From assembly GCA_965178125.1 (NCBI GenBank), contig OZ237747.1, forward strand, positions 620,001 through 684,000: a DNA stretch of 64,000 nt, written 5' to 3'. Within the stretch, counting starts at the first letter, position 1, and every line of letters begins with the position of its first letter. A program made the translations under genes and the position numbers. The stretch is from Bilabrum cf. latius. Lineage: Eukaryota. Below, in pieces: positions 1 through 12,686 of the stretch. Below the pieces are notes generated by a model. The model did no database searches and was not told the DNA's origin. It saw only the letters and a list, made by a program, of their open reading frames with translations.

Positions 1-3000
1 TCTGCAATTCGATCGAGATCTCGCGTTCCTGCAAAGCCCGGGCGTTTCGAGCCTTGCCGAATCGCGGCTTTGGTAGCTTTGCGATCGCATCTCGGGCCCT
101 GGCTGCAGCCCTGACGGCTTTGACCGCGCCTGGGTCGGGCACGGGGCATCGCTCAAGCCTTGTAGCCACATCCTCCGAACCGGATTGCACGAAAACAGGA
201 ACCGAGGGCAGCTCCGTTTCCGCTACCACTGCGCCGCTCGGGCCATCGTCGCAGCGCTGCAAGGTCCTGGACCCATTGGGTGCCGTCACAATCCAGAAGC
301 CCCCAGTACCGCTGCTTGCCGCGGGCTCAGAGCCCGGTGCAGCGCTATCTGGCAGCCACCAGCTTGTCGCTCCGGACCGGTAGAGCACGCATCGTAGGCC
401 ACCAGCGAACGAACGGACGCACGTGTTCCCGCTACCCTGCAAAGGGAAGCGCACGGACGTCTCCACAAGCCACTAGGGCCACCGGCACGACCTTGCGTCA
501 ACAGCCTAGGACAGCTCAGGGGATGGCTGCGCTGCCGCCTCGGCCGCATGCTCCATGGCTCTTGCCGTTTGCTTGCGGCCGATCACAGACCGCAGGGTGC
601 TTTCCAAGGCCTCGCCGCGCCGAGCCGCGAGCAAGTGCTGTTGCAGGCGCTGCCGAGCGGTCAGACTAGATGCATCTGCGACCGACCGGGGTACCCACGC
701 GATGCTCCCATTCGCATCCATGTGTATGCGACAGCCGCCGCCGTACTGCAGAGACAGGTCCCAGCTGCCATCTGCCCTCCGTCTCGTGCTGGGCGTCTTG
801 CCAGACGCCTTGACGCGCCCAAGGAAGTCCCTTCGGCTTGCTTGGCTGCTCACAGACAGCAGTGCCGGCGGCCTGCCGAGCCCCATGGTTGCCCCTGCCG
901 GCGCCCTGGCTATCGCAGCCAGCTCGATTTCGCCGCGCAACCGTCGGCCGGGGTGCTGGCTGTAAGTGCGCCTGATGGCGTGTTCCGTCTCGAGAGTGCC
1001 GGCCTCGCCGTCGCCGGGCCTGAACAGCGTCAGCTATGTCCTGTTTTCACTGTCCCTGACACCGGGGCTTGTGCCGCCCTGGCTGTTTCTGCGACGGAAT
1101 CCGAGCACACCGAAGGGGGCGCTCATGGTTACATTGCGGCCGATGAGCCCGCCTTGCCTGCCCTCGGTGCATTCGATCTGCACGCTTCCTGCAGCGTGCA
1201 TCCGCCACTGCTGCTGCTCCAAGCCCTAGATTGCCTCGGATGGCAGAGATGACACCAGCAAGCAGGCCGGCGACGGATTTGATGCCTCGGGCGTCGCGGG
1301 TCCACGACTGCGAGCACTCTCGCTTGGCTCACCGCTGGCTACTGAAGGTCGCACGCGCTGCCACACAAGAGCCTCGAGAACACGCTTGTACTGCTCAGCA
1401 GCAGCTGCCAGCCTCTTCTCAAGCTCTGGGTCAGTCTTCTCTGCAACCGCCTTGCCCTTTCCTTTGCCTTTCCCCTTTCCTTTAGGTTTGTCAGCCTCTG
1501 CCCTTTCCTGCAGCTCCGCAGCACCGGGCAGCCCGGCAGCTTCATTTGCATCCTCCTTGGCCTTAGCAGCAGCCTCCAGCAATGCATCCACTCCCTCTAT
1601 GGATCCAAGCTGCTACAGAAATACTCTGTCTTGCTCTAACGTCTCTTGCGCAAACGCGCTCGCGGATGTAGCCATGCCTCGAAGGAGAACAGCGGAACTG
1701 CCGGGACCGCCGCGCCTTTCCACGCGGGCGCGTGGCACCGGCTTGTTCGCTACCACAATCGCGCTGCCGGTCAGCGGCTCGCGACCCACATCGATTCGCC
1801 ATCCCTGCGATCTCAGCGCCGCGATCTCCGACAGTACCCCCCTGCGGGTCAGCCTACGTCGGTGGGACCGGAGGCACAGAGGCACCTGAAAGGCAGGCGC
1901 ATCCTTCGCAGCCTTGGCCTGGTGCGCTACCTGCCGCGCAGCAGCTGCGTTGGCGTCGAGTGGGATGATGCCCCACGGCCGAATCCTCCGGGGCCCCATT
2001 GGAACGGACACCATCGTTGAGGCTGGAGTGACCTGGAGAGATTCCACGGACTAGGCGGGCCACGCGATGGCTGTGGCAGCCGCATGGGCGATGGCTGCAG
2101 CCTCGCTCTCTGCCTCGGGGTCCTGCGCGGCAACCTCGTCGTCCTCAATGGCCACCATGCCAGACTACTCTTCTGACACACCTATTGTCCAGCCGTCTAG
2201 AGCACCAAATGCGCCCTCCCGCAGCGAGCTAGCCTAGCCCGCGAACTTCACTAGGTCTGCTGCAGCCCCTACCAAAGCCTACTCGAGAGCTCTGGCGCTC
2301 AGCCGCGGCGCTAGAGCAGTCAGCTCATTCCGCCTCACTTGCATCTCACCCTATCTCGGCAAAATCACTGCTGCAAGTTCACTTCCACTGCTCTTGCTCC
2401 CACCTACATCGCTTGTTTCGTCCTCCACCCCGGGCACCGAAGTAGCCTATATAGTAGCGGCAAACCCGACAGCAACGGCAAGCTCCATGGCTGCAGTCGC
2501 ACCACCGTCTTTGGCAGCCTGTGCCACCGCGGCGTGCATATTTCGGGCCCGAGTAGAGGGCTCTGACCCGGGCACGGAGCATGCGGCTTCCAGCACCGCT
2601 GTTTCTGCGTGCAGGAGTGCGTGGGTCTGGGCAGCAGTCCCGCCCATCCTCTTGGCCCTCGTGAGAGGTGTATCTGCAGCGCCGACCACCGCGGCGCCAT
2701 GCACAGTCGGCACACTTGCAGACATAGCCTGCAATTGCGTTGGAAGTAGCGAACCTCCTGTTCGGCCAGCTCCAGCCGCTGTTTCTTCCGCACTCTGCAA
2801 AGCAGCATCGAGCGCGGCTGTCATCGTCCCAAAGCCGGACCCTTTACCATGCAAGGAGGTGGTATTTCTCGCAGTGTGTAAGCCACTCTGTTCCTCTAGG
2901 TCGACCTCTTCAGAAATTCCGTCAGCCTCAGCCGCTGCAGCACCGAGAAGAGCTCCTAGGAAGGCCGCTGGCGAGCAGCTGGCCGCTCCCAGAGGCATCG

Positions 3001-4849
3001 CATCGAGCCGACAGTCGAGGCGACGTCGCATCCTCGCCACATGGCTGCCCCCACTCGAGTCAGGGACCACTATCACTGGTAGGGCGGCTCCTGCAGCCCT
3101 ACTGTCCGTGCGGTTTCCACCTCTGGCCTCCACATCACTGGGTGCCTCGTTTGCGGGTACCTGCTGGCTTGCGATCCGCCCCAGTCGCTCGTCCCAAAGC
3201 TATGCCTGGGAGAGAACCTGGCCAAAGCAGCGGGATAGGCTGCAGCTGACTGCCGCCAGTGCCCGTGCCGCCAGTCCGACCTGGTCATCAAGCTGCTCCA
3301 CGGCTTCGTGCGAGCTGTACAGACCCACGATCGCGTCGCACACGGCAGGTGACAAGGGCAGCCTGGCGTGCACGACGGATCCGCAAGGACCCAAGGCCGA
3401 AGCGGGATCATCATTGCCAGCTGCAGGCCCCAATATTGATTCTACGACGGCCTTTGCGGCTGAATTGCCACTCGCAGCTCCTGCGAGAGTCTCCCAAACC
3501 CACTCTCCGCCTGCAGCAGAGAGCAGCTGGACACGCCTTGCTTCCTCCTACAATGCCGCTTGCTGCGCCTGCCTAGCAAGTTCTTCGGGGTCTGACCCTT
3601 TGCCTTTCTTCCCCTTGGCCTTAACCTTGTCTTTTCCCTTCCCTTTGTCCTTACCCTTCCCCTTGGCAGCCTATTCCTCGACTTCGTCTGCTGACTACTC
3701 CTGGGCCGTTTCAGGCTCAACAGCTGGCGTGCCGATTGAGACCACACCACGCACTGCTACTGCAGTCAAGCTTGCCTGGGCTTTCTCAGTATGGGCCTGT
3801 TCTTCTTTCAGTGCAGCTTCGCACGCTTCCTGGATCCATTCATCTTCTTCCTGCAGATCAACGAGCCAAGGGGTAGCCTCACCGGCACCAGCTCCAGATG
3901 CAGCCTCTTGTGCAGCATCAGCACCACCGTCCTAGGCCTGTCGAGTTTCTCCTGTGAACGAACGGGACGGAAGGCCAATGCCCTGTGGCAGTGCCAAGAA
4001 CCCAGCGACGGCCGGCGACACGCCCCTCGAAGGCACCTGCATGGCCGGCTCGGCGCTCCCACAAGCAGCCCCGGGCACCATTGCCGCACGCGCCTCCTGC
4101 GGTGTCCTGGGCCAGCCTACTAAAATGATTGTCGGTGCATCAATTGATTGGACTGATTGTCTGGCTATTGATGCGGCTTCAGTGGATAGCACGGCAGCAT
4201 CAACGCTGCGCTGCGTTGCGAGCGGGTCGTCGGTCTCCCCACCCTTGCCCTTCTTCGGCTTTGGCTTGCCCTTTCCTTTGGTCTTTGACTTGTCTTTGCC
4301 CTTGCCCTTCTGTGCACTAGCAATTGCGTCGCTTTCGGTCTCAAACTTGGGTGCAAGCGCTGGATCACAGCCGTGCAGCGCGTGGGCAGCTCGTCGACGA
4401 AACGCAGCGGCCAACTCGTCTACAACAGGCATGTCAATAGCCTCCGAGCTGCTCTCATCAACACCGCTGACGGCATGAGATGCTAAGCGCTGCTAGATCA
4501 TGCGCCTAGCATCGCACTCTAGCTGCTCCCTGCTAATGCAGATGTAGCCTCGAGAACCCTTTGACTGGGCGTAACTGATAGCCGACTACGTCCAAGCTTC
4601 CTCGCTGGCATTTAGTTGATTATCGGCAGAATCTTGAAGCTGCGCTGTCTTGGCCACTTCAGAATACAGTCGCAGCACAGCCTTGCTTCGAGCTTCAGTG
4701 TCGATTTCGTGCGGCTCAGACCCAGGAGGTACGGAAGACTGCCCGATCAAAACGATATGAGGCATCGAACTTGAACAATCAAACAGTCGGTAAATAGGGT
4801 CGTGCAAATCCTGGGTAATCCCCTGCCCACGCTTGATACCATCGGCCAT
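1..4849 (-). CDS. Large SPAG17/PF6-like (flagellar central-pair) protein, runs off the left edge; single frame read through at least 15 TAG codons
   Basis: Minus ORFs 4586-4849, 3932-4432, 3200-3433, 2447-3133, 1613-2047, 1226-1591, 1034-1222 and 506-940 share one frame and are separated only by TAG. KGKGK tracts, 'IILVGWPRTPQEA' and 'VRSFAGGLRCVLYRSG...FWIVTAPNGSR' resemble SPAG17 segments as I recall them. The family call is tentative. Confidence 0.5.
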
Positions 4850-4961
4850 TGCCCAACGGATTCAGGCGCTAAATATGCACGCAACAATCAACACATCCGT
4901 TCGCCTCTCCGTTGCCGCCTAGCACCAGCACGTGCGCGGGGAACAGCGTGTGTACCACACT

Positions 4962-5282
4962 ATGTACTCACGGGTCATGCAGGACCACTCAAGGATCCTC
5001 GATTTTGTCTCGAAGGGATCGAGGAGGGCTGCAGCGAAGGCCAAACGGGCGCTCGCAAGGGCGGTCCGAGAGGACTTTGCCAGCCTGGCTGTAGGGGCAG
5101 CCGAAAACAACAACCTCGCCGTGGCGATCGCCAACGTCAAGGCAGGGTTGGCTCAGAACGGGCAGCAGGACGGGGTGCCGGCAGCGGGCGCCGGAGGGAA
5201 CGTGAATGCTGACGCTCCCCATGGGGAAATGGGTCCCCAGGGTGGAGCTTAGGTGGTTTAGGCCATTGCAGCTGAAGCGTGA
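4962..5282 (+). CDS. Short hypothetical protein (about 106 aa if two TAG are read as sense; ends TGA)
   Basis: Ala/Gly-rich ORF MYSRVMQDH...GGA*VV*AIAAEA-TGA, divergent from the SPAG17-like gene. No recognisable domain. Confidence 0.3.
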
Positions 5283-6029
5283 AGTCTGGTAGGTCCCGGG
5301 CCCTCGTTCCAGATGTTTCTTCGTGATAGCGTGCGCTTTTGAGTTGAGTCCACAAAATATCAGATCCCCCCGTACCGCGACAGTCGACAGTCCCAGGTGG
5401 AGGCGACCTACGGGGATGAGTTCCAGCACAATATGCCTGCCCTATGGGTAGATGGGGTGCTGGACGTATCAGTGAGGCTGGGGAGTGCCAAGACGTGGGG
5501 GAGCACCGGGAGTGTTCCGCAGGAGGCAGATACCGAAAAGGGTCTGGCAGCTCAGAGGCCGTCGGGACGACACAGGCAGGCAGGGCCAGCCAAGTGTCGA
5601 GTGGCAGCAATGCGTGTTGCCCCCGCCATGGTCTGAGTGGAAGGGTGCCTGTAAGGTCTGTCTTTTCAACATGCATAATCGTGATAGCGTGCACCTTTGA
5701 GTTGAATTACAAACTATTAGAACCCCCGTGCCTCCAGCATCCAGTTGCTTACCTAGGCACGGTGGGCTGACAGGCTTGAGACCAACAACATGGCGATACA
5801 GGGATCCCGCACTCTTGTGACGTTAGCAAGACAGCGCATCGGCGGCCACACCGAGGCCATCGCCGGAGAGCATCTACCGGCATCGAAGACTCCATAGGTG
5901 CACGAGGGGCGGGCCAGGGAGGCATCCGAGGCCAGTGTCCATGTGATACGTTGCTGGCTGCAACACTGCAACATACACAAGAAACAATGCACACACACTA
6001 TCTGCATATTAACCCCTGGGAATATTGCA

Positions 6030-8205
6030 TCAGCCAGGTGCATGCCCCAGCGCCGCCAGCCGAGCCTCCAGCTCCCTCACTCGACCATTGCATGCTTGCA
6101 CTTGATCCTGATATGATTTCACTTGAGCCTCGGCTGCAACACGCTGCTCGGTCTGCGACTCGATCCAGGCCTGCTCCTCGTCCCCCAGCACAGCCCCATG
6201 CTCCTGAAGCACCTTCACACACTCCCTGTGTTTACCCAGCATTGCGGCATGCAGTGGGGACACCAGCTTGCCACCAGAGACTGGCCCCTTCCTCTCCAGC
6301 CCGCCCGCCAGCTTGCCCAGCCCCAGCCGCTTGCCCAGCTCTAGTGGCTTGCCAGTGGCTGCAGCATTGAACACGAGAGCAGCGTCTCTCTGCGCGATGG
6401 CTGCCTGCCTCCATGCAGCTAACTAATGCGCTCTGAGGCTGAACCGCTCTACCAGGCGGACCGTGGCTGTATGCCGTCGCTACCCGGGGATGTATTGTAC
6501 TGTTAGTGGCAGCCGTGCAGGCACCTTACCTGCGTTGTTCTTGATCTCTTTACTTGCGCCTGCATGAAGCAGCAATCTAGCGCATTCGAGTCGTCCATAC
6601 TCAACGGCAGCATGAAGCGGGGTGCTTCCACCATGGCTTCGGACATTGACACCTGCACCAGCCCCGATCAACACTCGCGCGCACTCCAACTGACCGCACT
6701 CACAGGCCAGATACAGAGGCGATGCTCCCCACACATTCAATGCATCCACAGTTGCCCCGGCCTCCACAAGCTCACGCACGCAGTCCACATGCCCGTTCTG
6801 GCCTGCAATATGCAGCGGCACATACCCGCCCGCCATGGCAGCGTTCACATTGCCGCCAGCCCCGATCAACACTCGCGCGCACTCCAACTGACCGCACTCA
6901 CAGGCCAGATACAAAGGCGATGCTCCCTTCGCATTCAATGCATCCACAGTCGCCCCGGCCTCCACAAGCACGCGCACGCAGTCCACATGCCCTTTCTGGC
7001 TTGCTGCATGCAGCGGCACATGCCCGCCCTCCGTGGCAGCGTTCACATTGCCGCCAGCCCCGATCAACACTCGCGCGCATGCCAACTGACCGTACTCACA
7101 GGCCAGATACAAAGGCGATGCTCCCTTCGCAGACCTCGCATCCACACTTGCCCCGGCCTCCACAAGCTCACGCACGCAGTCCACATGCCCTATCTGGCTT
7201 GCTGCATGCAGTGGCACATGCCCGCCCTCCGTGGCAGCGTTCACATTGCCGCCAGCCCCGATCAACACTCGCGCACACTCCAACTGACCGCACTCACAGG
7301 CGATGTACAGAGGCGATGCTCCCTTCGCAGTCCTCGCATCCACAGTCGCCCCGGCCTCCACAAGCTCACGCACGCAGTCCACATGCCCTTTCTGGCCTGC
7401 TGCATGCAGCGGCACATGCCCGCCCTCCGTGGCAGTGTTCACATTGCCGCCAGCCCCGATCAACACTCGCGCGCACTCCAACTGACCGTACTGACAGGCC
7501 AGATACAAAGGCGATGCTCCCTTCGCAGTCCTCGCATCCACAGTCGCCCCGGCCTCCACAAGCTCACGCACGCAGTCCACATGCCCTTTCTGGCCTGCAA
7601 TATGCAGCGGCACAAACCCGCCCTCCGTGGCAGCGTTCACATTGCCGCCAGCCCCGATCAACACTCGCGCGCACTCCAACTGACCGTACTCACAGGCCAG
7701 ATACAGAGGCGATCCTCCCTTCGCATTCATCGCATCCACAGTTGCCCCGGCCTACACAAGCACGCGCACGCAGTCCACATGCCCGTTCTGGCCTGCAGCA
7801 TGTAGCGGCACGAATCCACCTGCTTTTGCTGCATTCACGTCAGCACCAGCGCCAACCACCTGATCTAAGCAGTCAGCATGACCATTCCTCGCAAAGCAGT
7901 ACACAGGAGTCTCTTGATTCCTGTTCCTCTTGTTGATATCCACGCCAGCCTTCAACAAACACTCTACCATCGAAGCATTCCCGCTACCAGCTGCATATGG
8001 TTTGCGGAGCCCAACAGAAAGGAAAGCTTGCAAGCAGTTCGCAAAGGCTCTAACATATCCTGGTCGTGCGAGTACTCTTACCCGCAACATGGAGCAAAGT
8101 ATTTCCGTCAACCTAGCTTTGAGAAGCAAGGCTCGGTTGCTAGTCGAGGAGTTCCAATACCTTGCGGTGATCCCCACATTTCACTGCATCGGTGATGGCG
8201 TCCAT
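6030..8205 (-). CDS. Ankyrin-repeat protein with C-terminal coiled coil, copy A
   Basis: MDAITDAVKCGDHRKVLELLD*QPSLASQS*VDGNTLLHVA, one GT-AG intron (~7990-8080), then tandem 198-nt units (2x33-aa ankyrin repeats, SPLYLAC/VPLHAA). Reads through TAG at 7752, 6480 and 6423 and ends ...LGHAPG-TGA. Confidence 0.88.
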
Positions 8206-8665
8206 ATATCTCTATGGTGGTGTGTGAAGAGAAACTTCGAGACTGTATCGCACTCTCCACTGTCTTGCTATCCCGAAATCTGGATCCACATCATGATGCC
8301 TCACTATGCCAGTTGCCGATCGGAGTATGTGTTTCGCGGCGATCAAGAGGGAGGTTGCTAAAGAGATTACACCCGTTGATTTTCTATGCCAGATGCTCGG
8401 TCTGTGACTCGATCCACACTTGCTCATTGGCCCCTCAGCATGGCGGCATGCACTCCAGGTGCCCTCCCATCATGCCAGTGGCGGCTTGCAGCGGGGACGC
8501 CACCTGGCCATATCGCACTACACTCTTCCTCCCCAGCAGCGTCTCTCTGCGCGATCGCTGATTGCCAAGCAATGCGCTCCGAAGCTGAATCACTCGAGTT
8601 TCACGGACACTAGCCACGCGATCCAGAAGAAACATAGATCCAGTCCACCATTCCCCGAAGCCCCA

Positions 8666-9475
8666 TCACTCAGTATCGGATCCGATCCCAGGTATCCGAC
8701 CATGCGCACCCGTGCCTGCATCCCCTTCGCCCGCGCTGCTCCCGCCGCCTGCCGACGCGTACCCGTCTCCCCCCCTCCAGCCCCCCAGCCCCATGTTCAC
8801 TGCATCCCCCCCGTCCTCGCCGGTGTCGCTGAGCTCCTCCCCACTGCTGCTCAGGTAGCCCCCCGGCTGGCTCGCGTGCCTGCTCCTTCGCCTCCGTGGT
8901 GCTCGCAGCGCGCCGCTCCCACCGGGCCCGGGGCCTGTGCCGCTGCTGCCATACCCGCTCCCCGCCCCTCCTCCACCGGCATCGCTCCCATCTGCTCTGG
9001 CCCCTGCGGCGCCCTCCCTGCGACGAGCAATCCGCCTGGGCGTGCCTGCATCTGCAGTGCCAGCCCTGCCGCGTGACAGGCCTCCGTGCCCTGACTCAGC
9101 ATCCACCAGGTGATCCGCCAACCGAGTGACTGGCGCAGCTGAATCCCGTCCGTTTGTAGCGGCCGCTTCCCCAGACAGCTCTCGGCTGTTCTCTCTCCCA
9201 TGATCGGACTTGCTGACCGAGCCGAGGCCCGCCCCACCTGCCCTACCGCCCTCCAGCGCCTCCTCGTCCTCGCCCTCGTCGTCCTCTTCATCCACGATCC
9301 CAAACGAATCGTTCCGGTGTGCCACATGAGCCAGCGCCGCGAGCCTGTCCCTCCTCCAGCGCCGGGCCGCCCGCCAAGCCACCTCAGAGTGCCCCTGCGA
9401 GCCGGGACTCGCGCCCAGGGACCCCTGCTGCAGGGCGGCGCGAGAGGGCTGCGGCGCGCTGGTGGACATGAGCTG
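8666..9475 (-). pseudogene. Duplicated 3' fragment (STSAPQPS...GSDTE-TGA) of the acyltransferase-like gene
   Basis: Near-identical to 12687-13495; similarity to the parent gene stops at ~9475. Confidence 0.75.
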
Positions 9476-10016
9476 GTCGATGTGCCGCTGAATGTGCTGG
9501 GCGCCGTGGCTCATGAATGAGTCCTCACGGGGAAGGCGCAATCTGACGGCATCGAGCTGACAGTGAGTGCACCGGGGCGAGAAGATACCGAGGTGCCTGA
9601 CGGGCTGTTCCACGCCCCCACCAGGCTGATTGGGGGCCTGAGATACAGTGGAAGCTGAAATGCAGTGCAAGCGCAGCTGTCGCTGGCAGGCCTCAAACAG
9701 CGAGCCAAACCTGGACACCAGCGGCCGTTGACCTCGAGACCAGAGACGTGGTGACCCACGGAGATCCCGCACTCTGGTGACGATAGCAAGACAGCGCATC
9801 AGTGGCCACACCGAGGTCATCGACGGAGAGCATCTACCGGCATCGATAACTCCATAGGCGCAAGAGGGGCGGGCCAGGGAGGCATCCGAGGCCAACATCC
9901 AAGTACTGCGTTGCTCGCTGCTCATTGCAATTCTGCGGCGGAACGATTGGATACAGTCACCACGCACTGTACACTACACATGCACGATCTGCATCACACG
10001 CTCTGGTAGTCTTGCA

Positions 10017-12189
10017 TCAGCCAGGTGCATGCCCCAACGCCGCCAGCCGAGCCTCCAGCTCCCTCACTCGATCATTGCATGCTTGCACTTGATCCTGATA
10101 TGATTTCACTTGAGCCTCGGCTGCAACACGCCGCTCGGTCTGCGACTCGATCCAGGCCTGCTCCTCGTCCCCCAGCACAGCCCCATGCTCCTGAAGCACC
10201 TTCACGCACTCCCTGTGTTTACCCAGCATGGCTGCATGCAGCGGCGACACCAGCTTGCCACCAGAGACTGGCCCCTTCCTCTCCAGCCCGCCCGCCAGCT
10301 TGCCCAGCCCCAGCCGCTTGCCCAGCTCTAGTGGCCTGCCAGTGGCTGCAGCATTGAACACGAGAGCAGCGTCTCTCTGCGCGATGGCTGCCTGCCTCCA
10401 TGCCGCTAACTAATGCGCCCTGAGGCTGAACCGCTCTACCAGGCGGACCGTGGCTCTGACCTGTTCAACAATAATGAATCGGCGTGTTGGCAGCAGCTGT
10501 GCAGGCACTTTACCTGCGTCGTTTTTGATCTCTTTGCTTGCGCCTGCATTCAACAGCACTCTAGCGCATTCGAGTCGCCCGTTCGTAACGGCAGCATGAA
10601 GCGGGGTGCTTCCACCATGGCTGCGGACATGGACACCTGCACCAGCCCCGATCAACACTTGCGCGCACTCCAACTGACCGTGCTGACAGGCCAGATACAG
10701 AGGCGATGATCCCTTCGCAGTCCTCGCATCCACAGTTGCCCCGGCCTCCACAAGCTCACGCACGCAGTCCACATGCCCTTTCTGGCCTGCAATATGCAGC
10801 GGCACATACCCGCCCTCCGTGGCAGCGTTCACATTGCCGCCAGCCCCGAGCAACACTCGCGCGCACTCCAACTGACCGTGCTGACAGGCCAGATACAGAG
10901 GCGATCCTCCCTTCGCAGACCCCGCATCCACAGTCGCCCCGGCCTCCACAAGCTCACGCACGCAGTCCACATGCCCGTTCTTGACTGCAATATGCAGCGG
11001 CACATACCCGCCCTCCGTGGCAGCGTTCACATTGCCGCCAGCCCCGAGCAACACTCGCGCGCACTCCAACTGACCGTGCTGACAGGCCAGGAACAAAGGC
11101 GATCCTCCCTTCGCAGTCCTCGCATCCACAGTTGCCCCGGCCTCCACAAGCACACGCACGCAGTCCACATGCCCTTTCCTGACTGCAATATGCAGCGGCA
11201 CATACCTGCCCTCCATGGCAGCGTTCACATTGCCGCCAGCCTCTAGCAACACTTGCGCGCATGCCAACTGACCGCACTGACAGGCGATGTACAAAGGCGA
11301 TGCTCCCTACGCAGTCCTCGCATCCACAGTCGCCCCGGCCTCCACAAGCACACGCACGCAGTCCACATGCCCGTTCTCGCCTGCTGCATGCAGCGGCACA
11401 TACCTGCCCTCCATGGCAGCGTTCACATTGCCGCCAGCCCCTATCAACACTTGCGCGCATGCCATCTGACCGTGCTCACAGGCCAGATACAGAGGCGATG
11501 CTCCCTTCGCAGTCCTCGCATCCACAGTCGCCCCGGCCTCCACAAGCACACGCACGCAGTCCACATGCCCGTTCTGGCTTGCTGCATGCAGCGGCACAAA
11601 CCCGCCCTCCGTGGCAGCGTTCACATTGCCGCCAGCCCCGAGCAACACTCGCGCGCACTCCAACTGACCGTGCTGACAGGCCGCATACAGAGGTGATGCT
11701 CCGTCCGCAGTCCTCGCATCCACAGTCGCCCCGGCCTCCACAAGCACACGCACGCAGTCCACATGCCCGTTCTGGCCTGCTGCATGCAGCGGCACGGATC
11801 CAAATGCTTTTGCTGCATCCACGTCGGCACCAGCGCCAACCACCTGATCTAAGCAGTCAGCATGACCATTCTTCGCAAAGCAGTACACAGGAGTCTCTTG
11901 ATTCCTGTTCCTCTTGTTGATATCCACGCTAGCCTTCAACAAACACTCTACCATCGAAGCATTCCCGCTTACAGCTGCATATGATTTGCGGAGCCCAACA
12001 GAAAGGAAAGCATGCAAGCAGTTCACAAAGGCTCTAACATATCCTGCTCGTGCGAGTAGTCTTACCCGCAACATGGAGCAAAGTATTTCCGTCAACCTAG
12101 CTTTGACAAGCAAGGCTCGGTTGCTAGTCGAGGAGTTCCAATACCTTGCGGTGATCCCCACATTTCACTGCATCGGTGATGGCGTCCAT
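10017..12189 (-). CDS. Ankyrin-repeat protein with C-terminal coiled coil, copy B
   Basis: Near-identical structure to copy A. In-frame TAG at 11307 and 10410 plus two in exon 1; ends TGA. Confidence 0.88.
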
Positions 12190-12686
12190 ATATCTCTATG
12201 GTGGTGTGTGAAGAGAAACTTCGAGACTGTATCGCACTCTCCACTGTCTTGCTATTCCCGATAGGATAGGATAGGAATATTGGTTTAAGATGCCCGAAAT
12301 TTGGATCTACATCATGATGCCTCACTATGCCAGTTGCCGATCGGAGCGTGGGTTTCGCGGCGATCAAGAGGGAGGTTGCTATAGAAATTTCATTCGTTGA
12401 TTTTCTCTGTCAGAAGCTCGGTCTGTGACTCGACCCACACTTACTCCTTGGCCCCTCAGCATGGCGGCATGCACTCCAGGTGCCCTCCCATCATGCCAGT
12501 GGCGGCATGCAGCGGGGACGCCACCTGGCCATATCGCACTACCCTCTTCCTCCCCAGCAACATCCCTCTGCTCGATCGCTGATTGCCAAGCAATGCGCTC
12601 CGAAGCTGAATCACTCGAGTCTCACGGACACTAGCCACGCGATCCAGAAGAAACATAGATCCAGTCCACCATTCCCCGAAGCCCCA

